From IMG/VR virus record IMGVR_UViG_3300042448_001903, positions 1 through 64,000 of that record: DNA of 64,000 bases. One strand, 5' to 3'. The translations under genes were made by a program, and so were the position numbers. This stretch comes from a virus (lineage: Duplodnaviria > Heunggongvirae > Uroviricota > Caudoviricetes > Crassvirales). Of this stretch, positions 6,112 to 15,278 are shown one piece after another (position 1 is the first letter of the stretch; the number at the start of each line of letters is the position of its first letter). The notes under the pieces were generated by a model, which searched no databases, was not told where the DNA came from, and worked only from the letters and a program-made list of their open reading frames with translations.

Positions 6112-8696
6112 TGGCAATAATAAGATATACAAAAGATGCTACCATAAGGTATGCCTATTTAAACATATTTCCAGATCAGTTTAAAACTGATAAAGAGAAG
6201 GAAGATGAAAGTTGGGTGAAAAACACAATGGACTATTTTGCTAACAAGGCCTATGCTGAATATGTAAAAAACAGAGATACATTTGTTAAAAACTACGATC
6301 TTATTAAGGGTATTTTAAGAATGGAAGATTTTTATCAGGAGCCTCAGGTGAAGAGTTTTACAGAAATGCTAACAACAGATCTTGAACTTCCTGCATATGT
6401 AAAACATTATTCTATTCTCACTACACCAATTAATGAGCTTGTAGGAGAAATTTCTAAAAGACCAGATGCATTTAGAGTGAAAGCTTTTGATGAAGATAGT
6501 CAGTCTGAAGAGTTAGAATTTAAAACTAAGATATTACAAGATTTTGTAATTAGTCAGGCTAAACAAAAGATAATGGAACAAGCCTCCCTCCAAGGACAAG
6601 AACTTGGGGAAGAGGAGCTTCAACAAATGACAATGGATGATGTAAAGGATGAACTTGATAATTACACATCTATAGCTGAAAAATGGGCCAATCATATTCT
6701 TACATGCCAAAAAGCCGAGTTTGTTCTAAAAGAAAAAAGTGAAGATGCTTTTAGAGATATGCTTATATCTGCTAGAGAATTCTATCATATATATGAGGAT
6801 AATTCAAAACTTGGGTTTAATATAGAAGTGGCCAATCCTAAAAATACATGGTTTCTTACCACTCCAGATAGAAAATATATATCAGATCCTACAGGAAGAG
6901 CGCAGGGAGCATATGCTGCTGGTATAGTGCAGGTGATGGAACTCTCCGAAATAATTGAAAGTATTCCAGATCTTACTAAGGAAGAGATAGATCATTTACG
7001 TTCATCTCTCCAAGATTACGGATTAATTAATGTGCGTGAATCCAACCTTGGAAATCCTGATGCTGCTCCAGGTATAGATTCTGTTCAATATGACACTTAT
7101 GATCCTGCTGTTCTTCAGACACGTATGATTATAGAAAGTGAAATGAAAGAAAACAATGATGGATTAAAAGATTTCTTAGGCCTTACATCAAATGTGTCTT
7201 CTTTTGGATACAAATATGTGGTGGTTAGGGCATATTGGATTTCTAAAAAGAAAATAGGTAAGTTGATTTATTTGGATGAGATGGGAAATGAGCAATCTAT
7301 GCTTGTAGACGAAAATTATAAATCAAACACAATTCCTACACAGCAGTCTTTAGAATGGGGATGGATTAATCAATGGTATCAAGGAATAAAGATAGGACCA
7401 GACATCTACCATATAAAACCTTACAAATTATTAAATTATTGTCCTATAATAGGAACTATTCATGAGGTGAAAAATACAGAGGCTAAATCTTTAGTAGACC
7501 TTATGAAACCTTTCCAAGTGCTGTACAATGTTTGTATGAACCAGCTTTATAAACTTCTTGAAAAGGAAGTGGGTAAAGTGTATTTAACATCCATAAGACA
7601 CGTTCCTATTCCAAAAGATGGGGATGCGCAGGATGCTTTAGATGTTTGGGAAATGGAAGCAAGAAACAGGGGTATAGTTTTTATAGATGATAGTCCTGAG
7701 AATTTAAAATCTCCTAGCTCTTTTAACCAGTTTAGAGATATAGATCTTACACGTACACAGGAAATTCAATCTCGTTATCAGCTTGCTATGCAACTTAAAA
7801 CTGAGTGTTGGGAATTAATCGGTATGTCTAGACAAAGAATGGGTTCTATATCTGCAAGTGAATCTGCTACAGGAACTAATGCAGCACTTACTCAATCTTA
7901 TTCCCAGACAGAGCCATTATTTGTAGCCCATGAATATGTATTGGGCCAACTATATCAAGCAATCATTGACGCAGCTTTATATGTAGAAAGTAAAAAACCA
8001 CAATCCACCCTATCATACATCACTTCTGAAGGAGAATCTGCTTTTGTTCAGGTGAATGGATCCGATCTTAAGTTTAGAGATATTAAAGTGTTTTTAACTA
8101 ACAGACCAGAAGATCAGAAGTTGTTTAATGAGATTAGAAGTCTTTCTCAAGCTGCTCTTCAAAATGGTGCCAGTCTTCATGATGTTATTGAGTTGTATTC
8201 TACAAACTCTGTTAGACAGATGAAGAAAGTGTTTAAGACGCTTAAAGAAAGACAGGAACAAATGCAAGACCAACAAATGCAACAGCAGCAGCAGCAAATG
8301 GAACAACAGCAAGAACAAGCTCAAGCTGCCCTTCAACAGGCCCAACAGCAGCATGAAGAAAAACTTGCTCACGATGATTACCAAAAAGAACTTGATAGAC
8401 TATCTAAAGAGAAAATTGCTATCATTTCTGCTACAGGATATGGTAAAGTGGAGAGCGAAGATGTAAATCAAAATGCTGTACCAGATGTTTTAGAGATGAG
8501 TAGACTGGCTGCAGAACAAGTGAGAACCACTAAAGACTACGAAACTAAAATGGCAGATATAAATGCTAAGAACAGATTGGCTAACCAAAAACTTCAAGTG
8601 GAAAGAGAAAAACTTCAAGTGGCCAGGGAAAATCAAGCAAACGATCTTGCTATTGCAAAAGAAAATGCAAAAGGTAGAGCAAAAACTAAAAAATAA
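6111..8696 (+). CDS. putative portal protein (861 aa) with Q-rich coiled-coil C-terminal tail
   Basis: It lies immediately downstream of and overlapping TerL (TAATG). The size fits the large portals of crAss-like phages. The C-terminus is Q/E/K-rich low complexity (QQMQQQQQQMEQQQEQAQAALQQAQQQHEE...). No diagnostic motif was recognised, so the call is by synteny. Confidence 0.55.
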   Translation: MAIIRYTKDATIRYAYLNIFPDQFKTDKEKEDESWVKNTMDYFANKAYAEYVKNRDTFVKNYDLIKGILRMEDFYQEPQVKSFTEMLTTDLELPAYVKHYSILTTPINELVGEISKRPDAFRVKAFDEDSQSEELEFKTKILQDFVISQAKQKIMEQASLQGQELGEEELQQMTMDDVKDELDNYTSIAEKWANHILTCQKAEFVLKEKSEDAFRDMLISAREFYHIYEDNSKLGFNIEVANPKNTWFLTTPDRKYISDPTGRAQGAYAAGIVQVMELSEIIESIPDLTKEEIDHLRSSLQDYGLINVRESNLGNPDAAPGIDSVQYDTYDPAVLQTRMIIESEMKENNDGLKDFLGLTSNVSSFGYKYVVVRAYWISKKKIGKLIYLDEMGNEQSMLVDENYKSNTIPTQQSLEWGWINQWYQGIKIGPDIYHIKPYKLLNYCPIIGTIHEVKNTEAKSLVDLMKPFQVLYNVCMNQLYKLLEKEVGKVYLTSIRHVPIPKDGDAQDALDVWEMEARNRGIVFIDDSPENLKSPSSFNQFRDIDLTRTQEIQSRYQLAMQLKTECWELIGMSRQRMGSISASESATGTNAALTQSYSQTEPLFVAHEYVLGQLYQAIIDAALYVESKKPQSTLSYITSEGESAFVQVNGSDLKFRDIKVFLTNRPEDQKLFNEIRSLSQAALQNGASLHDVIELYSTNSVRQMKKVFKTLKERQEQMQDQQMQQQQQQMEQQQEQAQAALQQAQQQHEEKLAHDDYQKELDRLSKEKIAIISATGYGKVESEDVNQNAVPDVLEMSRLAAEQVRTTKDYETKMADINAKNRLANQKLQVEREKLQVARENQANDLAIAKENAKGRAKTKK

Positions 8697-9226
8697 TGTT
8701 TGATAAATTAATAGACCTTCTTACACAATGGTGGCTGGAAATATCCCCAGCCATCATTATTAGGGACTATGAAGAAGCTGTCCTTTTAAGACTTGGTAAA
8801 TATAGAAAAAATCTATATCCAGGATTTTATTTTAAAATACCTATAGTGGATGAAGTGATTGTACAGCATGTTGTTGTCACCACATTAAGCCTCTCTGCCC
8901 AGTCTTTATATACTAAGGACAAACAAAACATTGTTGTCAAGGGGGTGATTAAATATAAAATAGCAGATGTAAAGACATTTTTATTAGAAGTGTTTGATGC
9001 TCAAGATGCTATAGCAGATATGTCACAAAGTATTATAAAAAATGTTATTATGTCTATGACTCTTGATGAATGCACAGATGTTGAATTAGATAATATTCTC
9101 ACTAAAAAAATGAGAGTGGAAGCAAAGAAGTGGGGAGTGGAAATACAACAAGTGACACTAACAGACCTTGCTCCTATCAGAAGTTTTAGAATATTAAATG
9201 ATACAATAACAAATAAACTTGATTAG
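8696..9226 (+). CDS. SPFH/band-7 (stomatin/prohibitin/HflKC-like) domain protein, minimal 176-aa form without TM anchor
   Basis: It aligns along its whole length with the stomatin/HflC core. EEAVLLRLGKYRKNLYPGFYFKIPIVDEV matches ERAVIFRLGR...GPGL.F.IPF.D.V, and TKDKQNIVVKGVIKYKIADV matches TKDNV.V.V.AVV.YRV.DP. A C-terminal ...KWGVEIQQVTLTDLAP matches ...WGI.V..V.I.D...P. Confidence 0.75.
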   Translation: MFDKLIDLLTQWWLEISPAIIIRDYEEAVLLRLGKYRKNLYPGFYFKIPIVDEVIVQHVVVTTLSLSAQSLYTKDKQNIVVKGVIKYKIADVKTFLLEVFDAQDAIADMSQSIIKNVIMSMTLDECTDVELDNILTKKMRVEAKKWGVEIQQVTLTDLAPIRSFRILNDTITNKLD

Positions 9227-9343
9227 AGTAAAAATGATTAATGCTATATTATCAGCAAAAATGGTCCATATACATCATATAGTCTTTGATATTAAGTTTA
9301 TATAATATACTTTTACATCTGAAAACCAACTAAAAAACTACAT

Positions 9344-10594
9344 ATGGCTGAAAATCTAGATAGTCCATCTTTTAATTTTGGGATTGAGAACACTATGGAA
9401 ATGGGATTGGGTAATGCAGAATTACTTAATGATCTTATGGGTGCAGAAACTTCCACTAGTAATCCTGATGATATTAAAGATATTAAAGAGGAAGATCCAA
9501 AACCTGCTTCCCCCAAAACTACTGTAGATAAACCTAAACAAGAATCTCCTAAAGAAGACACAGAAGAAAAGACTAAAAAGTCTTTACAGGATTTTTTATT
9601 AGGTGGAGATGATGATGAAGAAGAAACAGATAGTGATGAGCCTCCTACTAAGGCTCCTGCAAAACCAGAAGAGGCTGACAACAATGATGGAGAAGAGTCT
9701 GAAGAGGTTAGTCAATTTACAGCATTATCTAATGACTTATTCAAACTTGGTGTATTTACTAAGGAAGATGGAGAAGATGATGATGTAACAATTTCTACCC
9801 CAGAAGAATTCTTAGAAAGGTTTAATGCAGAGAAAAAGAAAGGTGCTATTGAAGTGGTAAATAACTTCATTGGTCAATTTGGTGAAGACTATCAACAAGC
9901 ATTTGATGCCATATTTGTAAAAGGAGTGGATCCTAAAGAATATTTTGGTGTTTATAATAATATACAAAATTTTGCTGAACTAGATCTTTCAGAGGAAGCT
10001 AATCAAGTGGCAGTGATTAAACAAGCATTAGCTGATCAAGGATTTGATCCTGAAGATGTTACAACAGAAGTGGAGCGTTTAAAGAACTATGGTGATCTTG
10101 AGACTGTAGCTGCAAAACACCACAAAGTACTAGTAAAAAAAGAATCAGCAAAGCTTCAACAAATGGAGCAAGAGAACGAAAAAAGATTACAACAACAACA
10201 AGCGGTTAAACAACAATATTATAATAACGTTCAAACTATTTTGCAAGATAAAGTGAAAACAAAAGAGTTTGACGGTATTCCAATTAACCCAAAACTGGCT
10301 GGTGAACTACAAGATTTCCTATTAGTAGATAAGTATAAAACAACTTCTGGCGAAACTTTAACAGATTTTGACAGAACAATTCTAGAATTAAAAAGACCAG
10401 AAAACCACGAAATGAAAGTTAAAGTGGGTCTTTTATTAAAAATTTTAGAAAAAGATCCTATGTTATCTACAATACAAAAAACAGGCCTCACCAAAAAGTC
10501 TAATGAATTGTTTGGTGAAGTGGCTAGACAGGTGACAAAATCTGCTGTTAAAACAGGGAAATCAGCCAGTGCTACAACATCATGGTTTCAATAA
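9344..10594 (+). CDS. acidic, partly disordered and coiled-coil protein (416 aa); candidate scaffolding protein
   Basis: The N-terminal ~130 aa are extremely D/E/K/P-rich. The C-terminal half is helical with a Q-rich coiled-coil. It sits between portal and putative MCP, the canonical scaffold position. Confidence 0.45.
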   Translation: MAENLDSPSFNFGIENTMEMGLGNAELLNDLMGAETSTSNPDDIKDIKEEDPKPASPKTTVDKPKQESPKEDTEEKTKKSLQDFLLGGDDDEEETDSDEPPTKAPAKPEEADNNDGEESEEVSQFTALSNDLFKLGVFTKEDGEDDDVTISTPEEFLERFNAEKKKGAIEVVNNFIGQFGEDYQQAFDAIFVKGVDPKEYFGVYNNIQNFAELDLSEEANQVAVIKQALADQGFDPEDVTTEVERLKNYGDLETVAAKHHKVLVKKESAKLQQMEQENEKRLQQQQAVKQQYYNNVQTILQDKVKTKEFDGIPINPKLAGELQDFLLVDKYKTTSGETLTDFDRTILELKRPENHEMKVKVGLLLKILEKDPMLSTIQKTGLTKKSNELFGEVARQVTKSAVKTGKSASATTSWFQ

Positions 10595-10628
10595 ACAATT
10601 TATACATTTAAATTAAAAAATAACACAA

Positions 10629-12182
10629 ATGGCAATTCAAACTATTCCAGGTTTAACTGGATTTACTTATGCTCGTGTGGCCTCTATGGACAAACGTGCT
10701 GTTGGTAAATTAACAGATTCTAACCACTTGGAAAGCTTTCACTCAACTGAGCCTGCTGATTATGATAAAAAAATCATCAGCTTATACACTCAGAGCTCAT
10801 TGTACAGCAATGACTTTTTGGATATGATTAATAAGAGCACTCCTTATTACATCGACAATAACAGTGATGCTTGGAAGTGGCAAGTACAAGTTCCTTACAA
10901 ATTTCCTAAAATCATTGATGTTCCAGATAGCACAATCAATTTGAGCAAGCCTGGTATTGATGGCCAAGAGTTTTCTCTTGTATTAGACACAAATGAGTTC
11001 TCTAAGAACGCTATTGTTTCTGTAGGATCTCGTCAGTATGGACCTCGTTTCTACGTAATTAAAGATCCTGTTCCTTGGAACATGGGCTACCTTTACACTT
11101 TCACTTTAGTAACTGACAACCCAACAGTTGATTTCGTAAGCTCTACCTTCTTACAGACTGGTATTGAATTGGAATTAGTTGATGCAGCTATTGGTGAATT
11201 TGATCAAGATCTTTTAGGTCTTCCTCGTTTAGGTGAGCAAATCACTATGTTTGAATCTTTAGGTTCTGCATATGGTTATGAGCACAAAATCACTGAGTGG
11301 GCTGATGACAAAATGATGAGAGATGCTTCTGGTAAGCCTCTAGACATTTTAGTATATGCTCCTCAACGTAGAAATCAACTTCCTTTAACTCGTAATGATG
11401 TTAAATGGGAACCATTTATTGAATTCTGGATGCGTAAATCTATGCTTGAGTTGAAAGTTAAGCGTATGATTTGGAGCAAACCAGGTACAGTGAAAACAAA
11501 CGGTTCTAAGCAAGAGTTGAAGCGTACATCTGCAGGTGTTTACCACAGAATGCGTAACAACGGTAACTTAGTACAATACAACCGTGGTGAGTTCTCTGCT
11601 AACTTAATCCGTTCAGTTTTTGGAGATCTTTTCTACAGACGTGTGGATGTTAAAGACCGTAAGGTTAAAATGTACACTAACGAAGCTGGTTTTGATGTAT
11701 TCCAACAAGCTTTAAAGAATGACGCTTTGAATAGTGGTCTTACTTTCATGGCTGATTCTGGAAATCGTTATATGCAAGGAGAAGGTCAACACATCACTTA
11801 CAACTTTGCTTTCGATGCAATGGTTACTCGTGAGACTGGTCGTGTTGAACTAATTCACTTAAAAGAGTTAGATCTTCCTCAATCAAACTTAGAATTTGGT
11901 CAGAACAAAAAGAGCACTCCAGTATTCATGGTGTTTGATGTGTCTCCAATGTCTGATGGTTCTATGATTAATAATATTCGTGAAGTGAGAATGAAGGGTG
12001 CACCTTCTATGACTTGGGGATATATTGATGGTACTCGTCACCACTTAGGTTTTGCTAAGTCTCAAGGTATGAGTTCTGCAAACAAATTCCCTGGTTACGA
12101 AATCTGGATGAAAGATCGTTGTGATGTATTCATCGAAGATTTATCTCGTACCGTTTTAATTGAGGAAATACCACAATTCTAG
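10629..12182 (+). CDS. putative major capsid protein (517 aa)
   Basis: It is in the canonical position after the scaffold. It shows strongly optimised codon choice (CGT for Arg, GGT, CTT, AAC) unlike most other genes here. A strong hairpin terminator follows directly. The size matches crAss-like MCPs. No database confirmation was possible. Confidence 0.6.
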   Translation: MAIQTIPGLTGFTYARVASMDKRAVGKLTDSNHLESFHSTEPADYDKKIISLYTQSSLYSNDFLDMINKSTPYYIDNNSDAWKWQVQVPYKFPKIIDVPDSTINLSKPGIDGQEFSLVLDTNEFSKNAIVSVGSRQYGPRFYVIKDPVPWNMGYLYTFTLVTDNPTVDFVSSTFLQTGIELELVDAAIGEFDQDLLGLPRLGEQITMFESLGSAYGYEHKITEWADDKMMRDASGKPLDILVYAPQRRNQLPLTRNDVKWEPFIEFWMRKSMLELKVKRMIWSKPGTVKTNGSKQELKRTSAGVYHRMRNNGNLVQYNRGEFSANLIRSVFGDLFYRRVDVKDRKVKMYTNEAGFDVFQQALKNDALNSGLTFMADSGNRYMQGEGQHITYNFAFDAMVTRETGRVELIHLKELDLPQSNLEFGQNKKSTPVFMVFDVSPMSDGSMINNIREVRMKGAPSMTWGYIDGTRHHLGFAKSQGMSSANKFPGYEIWMKDRCDVFIEDLSRTVLIEEIPQF

Positions 12183-12190
12183 ATTCCTCC

Positions 12191-12211
12191 TCTAAGAATA
12201 GTATTCTTAGA
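12191..12211. repeat. perfect 10-bp inverted repeat TCTAAGAATA-G-TATTCTTAGA just after MCP stop
   Basis: Read directly from the sequence. Confidence 0.5.
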
Positions 12212-12250
12212 CCGCTTCCAAAAGAAGCTCATAAATTCAAGAAGAGAATG

Positions 12251-12280
12251 CCCCCCACTTCAGGGTGGGGGAGCTCTTCT
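12251..12280 (+). terminator. GC hairpin CCCCCAC-TTCAGG-GTGGGGG followed by a T-rich stretch; probable (partial) terminator downstream of MCP
   Basis: It has a 7-bp G/C stem in an AT-rich genome followed by CTCTTCTT. This is the typical arrangement for keeping MCP mRNA in excess. Confidence 0.5.
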
Positions 12281-12368
12281 TAAAATACAGATGGATGTGT
12301 TGGGGTGTCTCCCAGCAGCATACTCTTCGATGAGAACCATCTGCTAAAAAACCAAATAAAAACTACAT

Positions 12369-13337
12369 ATGGGTAAGATAGGCAAAATTTCAACTATTAA
12401 GAAAGACTACAACAACTCTCAATTGCAAACAATGCAGGGAGGGCTTTCTCAAAAAGGTATGACAAGGATTCCTGGTACAGGTGTATTTAAGTATCCTTAT
12501 AAGGAACTTGATGGACAATATAGAACAGGGCTTGATCCTAATGCTGCTTATATTCGTAGAATTTCTGATCCTTTAGAAAGAGAGATGGAAGTTGAACGTG
12601 TAACAGCTCTTAAGACAAAACTTGAAGCAGCTCTTGGAGATGTTAATCTAGGGTCTAGATCTAGTTTCTGGAACTATGGATTGTCTACATCTACAGATGA
12701 CACTTTACATGTTCAACCTGTAAAATTGTTAGATGGAGATAACTATTTTGATTTAGCACAACCTTTACAAGAATTAGCTTTCTCATGGTTAAGAGTACAT
12801 CCTACAATTGCATCCTCTTATCAAGCATGGGAAAGAGGAGAATTTGCTGCAGAAACACAATTTTATGTAGCAGATGATGAGATTGAAAATGCTGTTATAT
12901 TCAAAAAGAAACAACTTATCAACAAAGCAATTGTTAAGTTTGACTCTATGACACCAGATAAAAAGAAAAAGGTGGCTAGATTGTTAGGACTTCCAGTTAC
13001 AGATGATACCAAAGAAGAAGTGGTATATAATCTTGTAGATAATGTTTTAAAACAAACAGAGTTCAAAACAGGTAAATACCAAGGATTAACACCAGTTGAA
13101 GTTTTTAATAGATTTGCAGATATGAAGGAAAATCTTCTTCACATTAAAGATCTTGTTAAACAGGCCCTTACCCATTCGATTTATAGAGCAAAGGCAAATG
13201 GAAAAATTTACGAAGGTGAATTTGAGGTGGCAAAAGATGAAGACGATTTAGTTAAATTCCTTGCTGATGACGATAATCAAGATGAATTGATTACACTAGA
13301 ACAAAAAGTAAAAACTAAAAAATTAGCTTCTGTATGA
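12369..13337 (+). CDS. hypothetical virion-module protein (322 aa)
   Basis: The ORF is in the track. It is on the same strand within the structural block. Confidence 0.45.
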   Translation: MGKIGKISTIKKDYNNSQLQTMQGGLSQKGMTRIPGTGVFKYPYKELDGQYRTGLDPNAAYIRRISDPLEREMEVERVTALKTKLEAALGDVNLGSRSSFWNYGLSTSTDDTLHVQPVKLLDGDNYFDLAQPLQELAFSWLRVHPTIASSYQAWERGEFAAETQFYVADDEIENAVIFKKKQLINKAIVKFDSMTPDKKKKVARLLGLPVTDDTKEEVVYNLVDNVLKQTEFKTGKYQGLTPVEVFNRFADMKENLLHIKDLVKQALTHSIYRAKANGKIYEGEFEVAKDEDDLVKFLADDDNQDELITLEQKVKTKKLASV

Positions 13338-14065
13338 TACCCGTAGATAGTTTATTATATAAAATTGATCAGAAACTAAATAAACTATCAACAAATGATC
13401 ATCAGGAGATTCCTTTAGAAGATAAAATATTAGCTTTAAATGAAGCTCAAATAAAGCTGATTAAACAAAAGGTTGATGGATTTAGTACTGTTTCTGGACT
13501 TGGATTAGATTCTTTTAAAAAGAGATATGAAGATTTACAGAGTCTTATAGTACCTTATAACAAGGGCAAACTTGATGTAAAAATCAAAAATATTGAACTA
13601 AATCAATGGTCAGCTGATATTCATAAATTAGATCCAAAATACATGTTCTATGTTGATAGTTATGTCATAGCTGACAAGGGAATATGTAAAGATAGAAAAA
13701 TATGGATTAATAGAGATCTTGCTAAACACGGAGACCTTTCTTTAATTTTAAACAATGATCACTATAAACCATCTTTTGAATATCAGGAAACTTTTAATTT
13801 TTTATCCTCTGATGAGATTTCTATATTCACAGACGGAACATTTACACCAAAGGATATATACATTTCTTATATGAGATACCCAGTGTATATTGATAAAGAA
13901 GGATATATAAAATTTGATGGCCAAGAATCAATAAATCAAGATTGCGAACTTGAGACTTATCTGGAGGATGAACTTCTAGATCTTACAGTACAAAATCTTG
14001 CTATGTACACAGAAAATGCTGCAGCAATGCAGAGTGCTCAATATAGAATACAAACAAACGAATAG
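13334..14065 (+). CDS. hypothetical virion-module protein (243 aa)
   Basis: The ORF is in the track. It has an ATGA overlap with the upstream gene. Confidence 0.45.
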   Translation: MIPVDSLLYKIDQKLNKLSTNDHQEIPLEDKILALNEAQIKLIKQKVDGFSTVSGLGLDSFKKRYEDLQSLIVPYNKGKLDVKIKNIELNQWSADIHKLDPKYMFYVDSYVIADKGICKDRKIWINRDLAKHGDLSLILNNDHYKPSFEYQETFNFLSSDEISIFTDGTFTPKDIYISYMRYPVYIDKEGYIKFDGQESINQDCELETYLEDELLDLTVQNLAMYTENAAAMQSAQYRIQTNE

Positions 14066-14088
14066 TCAACAATTTAAATTAAAATAAA

Positions 14089-15240
14089 ATGGCGGATTTT
14101 TCATTAACTACGCTCTTTGTGGTTCCAGTAGGAAATACACTACCTAGCCCTGGTACATCCACACAAGATTTGACCGCAGGTCAATTTGGTATCTTTAGAA
14201 GCGATTACAGTGTTGCAAATGCTGGAAATATTGCTGATAAACCTTATTTTTATCTAGCTCAAGGTAGAGTGAATACTTACCTTCAGGGCAGTAAACGTTC
14301 AGACAAAATTGCTGGTTGCTTAGAAGGTTCTTGTAGAACCAATGTAACAGAATGGTACAAAGTATCAGGATGTCCTACTCCAGCAACTCAGATCACTGAT
14401 GTTACTGATTTTAATGTAAAATGTGGTGATGTTGTAACGCTTACATTGCGTGCACATTCTAGCTACATTGATACATTATATTTCAATGGTTTCACTCGTT
14501 CAGTGACTGTACAAGCTCCTTGTTGTGATTGTGGTGCTGATCCTTGTGATACAGTGGATACATCAGCTTTAATTGATCAGTTTATTGTGAAATTAACTGC
14601 ATCTGCTCCTGGTATCAACCCTGATAACATTAGCTTCAACACTTTCTACACATTTGAGAATGTAGGTGGAACTGTTTTACGCATCTCTGCTAAGCCTCTT
14701 ACTAAGTATGGCCAGCCTTGTGATGTTGCTGCATTTCCTTTTGAATATGACAGAATGTACTTCCGTACTTTCGTTTATTCTGGTCCTGCTACCACTGCTG
14801 ACTTTATTGTTGCAGACAATTGTAACATTGTAGCAAATGCTGTTGTTGTTCAACGTGCTTCTTACGCTACAGGAACTTCTGAAGAGATTAAACAACTTGA
14901 AAAGAATTTCTATAGCTACCAAGCTGGATACTTGAAGCATTTATACAGAATGGTTGGTTACAACGAAAACTTTGAAAGCTGGGTTGTAGATGGTACAAAC
15001 TATAATACCTACTACATTAAGTTTAATGAGTTTGATAAATCAGGATACACTTGGGGTGATTACATCCATGAAGATAACATGGTAATAATTGCTGCTGGTC
15101 CTGGTGAAAGTGCTGGAATCGAAACAATTCTTGAAGCTGCTTTAGGACTTGTTGTAGATAACAACACTTGTATCACAACTACAAGTACTACCACTGTAGC
15201 TCCTTCAACAACTACAACTACTACCACTTTAACTCCTTAG
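14089..15240 (+). CDS. Cys-rich structural protein (383 aa) with C-terminal poly-Thr tail; codon-optimised (abundant virion component, for example a capsid decoration or auxiliary protein)
   Basis: Its codon bias resembles that of the putative MCP. It has 14 Cys. It ends ...TTTSTTTVAPSTTTTTTTLTP. Confidence 0.45.
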   Translation: MADFSLTTLFVVPVGNTLPSPGTSTQDLTAGQFGIFRSDYSVANAGNIADKPYFYLAQGRVNTYLQGSKRSDKIAGCLEGSCRTNVTEWYKVSGCPTPATQITDVTDFNVKCGDVVTLTLRAHSSYIDTLYFNGFTRSVTVQAPCCDCGADPCDTVDTSALIDQFIVKLTASAPGINPDNISFNTFYTFENVGGTVLRISAKPLTKYGQPCDVAAFPFEYDRMYFRTFVYSGPATTADFIVADNCNIVANAVVVQRASYATGTSEEIKQLEKNFYSYQAGYLKHLYRMVGYNENFESWVVDGTNYNTYYIKFNEFDKSGYTWGDYIHEDNMVIIAAGPGESAGIETILEAALGLVVDNNTCITTTSTTTVAPSTTTTTTTLTP

Positions 15241-15278
15241 TAAGTAGAATCATATAACCTGTGCCAGAGGGTGAGAGG

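Noticed and set aside
8094-8384. 96-aa minus-strand ORF inside the portal gene
   Set aside because: It is the antisense of the CAG/CAA poly-Gln repeat and gives an L/H-rich low-complexity peptide. It is an artefact of the repeat.
9313-9684. 123-aa Ser-rich minus-strand ORF
   Set aside because: It is the antisense of the highly acidic, repetitive 5-prime part of the scaffold-like gene. It has Ser/Leu low complexity and no independent support.
15261-15278. GTG start used by the ORF track for the 207-aa protein
   Set aside because: The in-frame ATG at 15279 with an A-rich leader is a more plausible initiation codon. The GTG extension adds a charged MPEGER peptide with no support.
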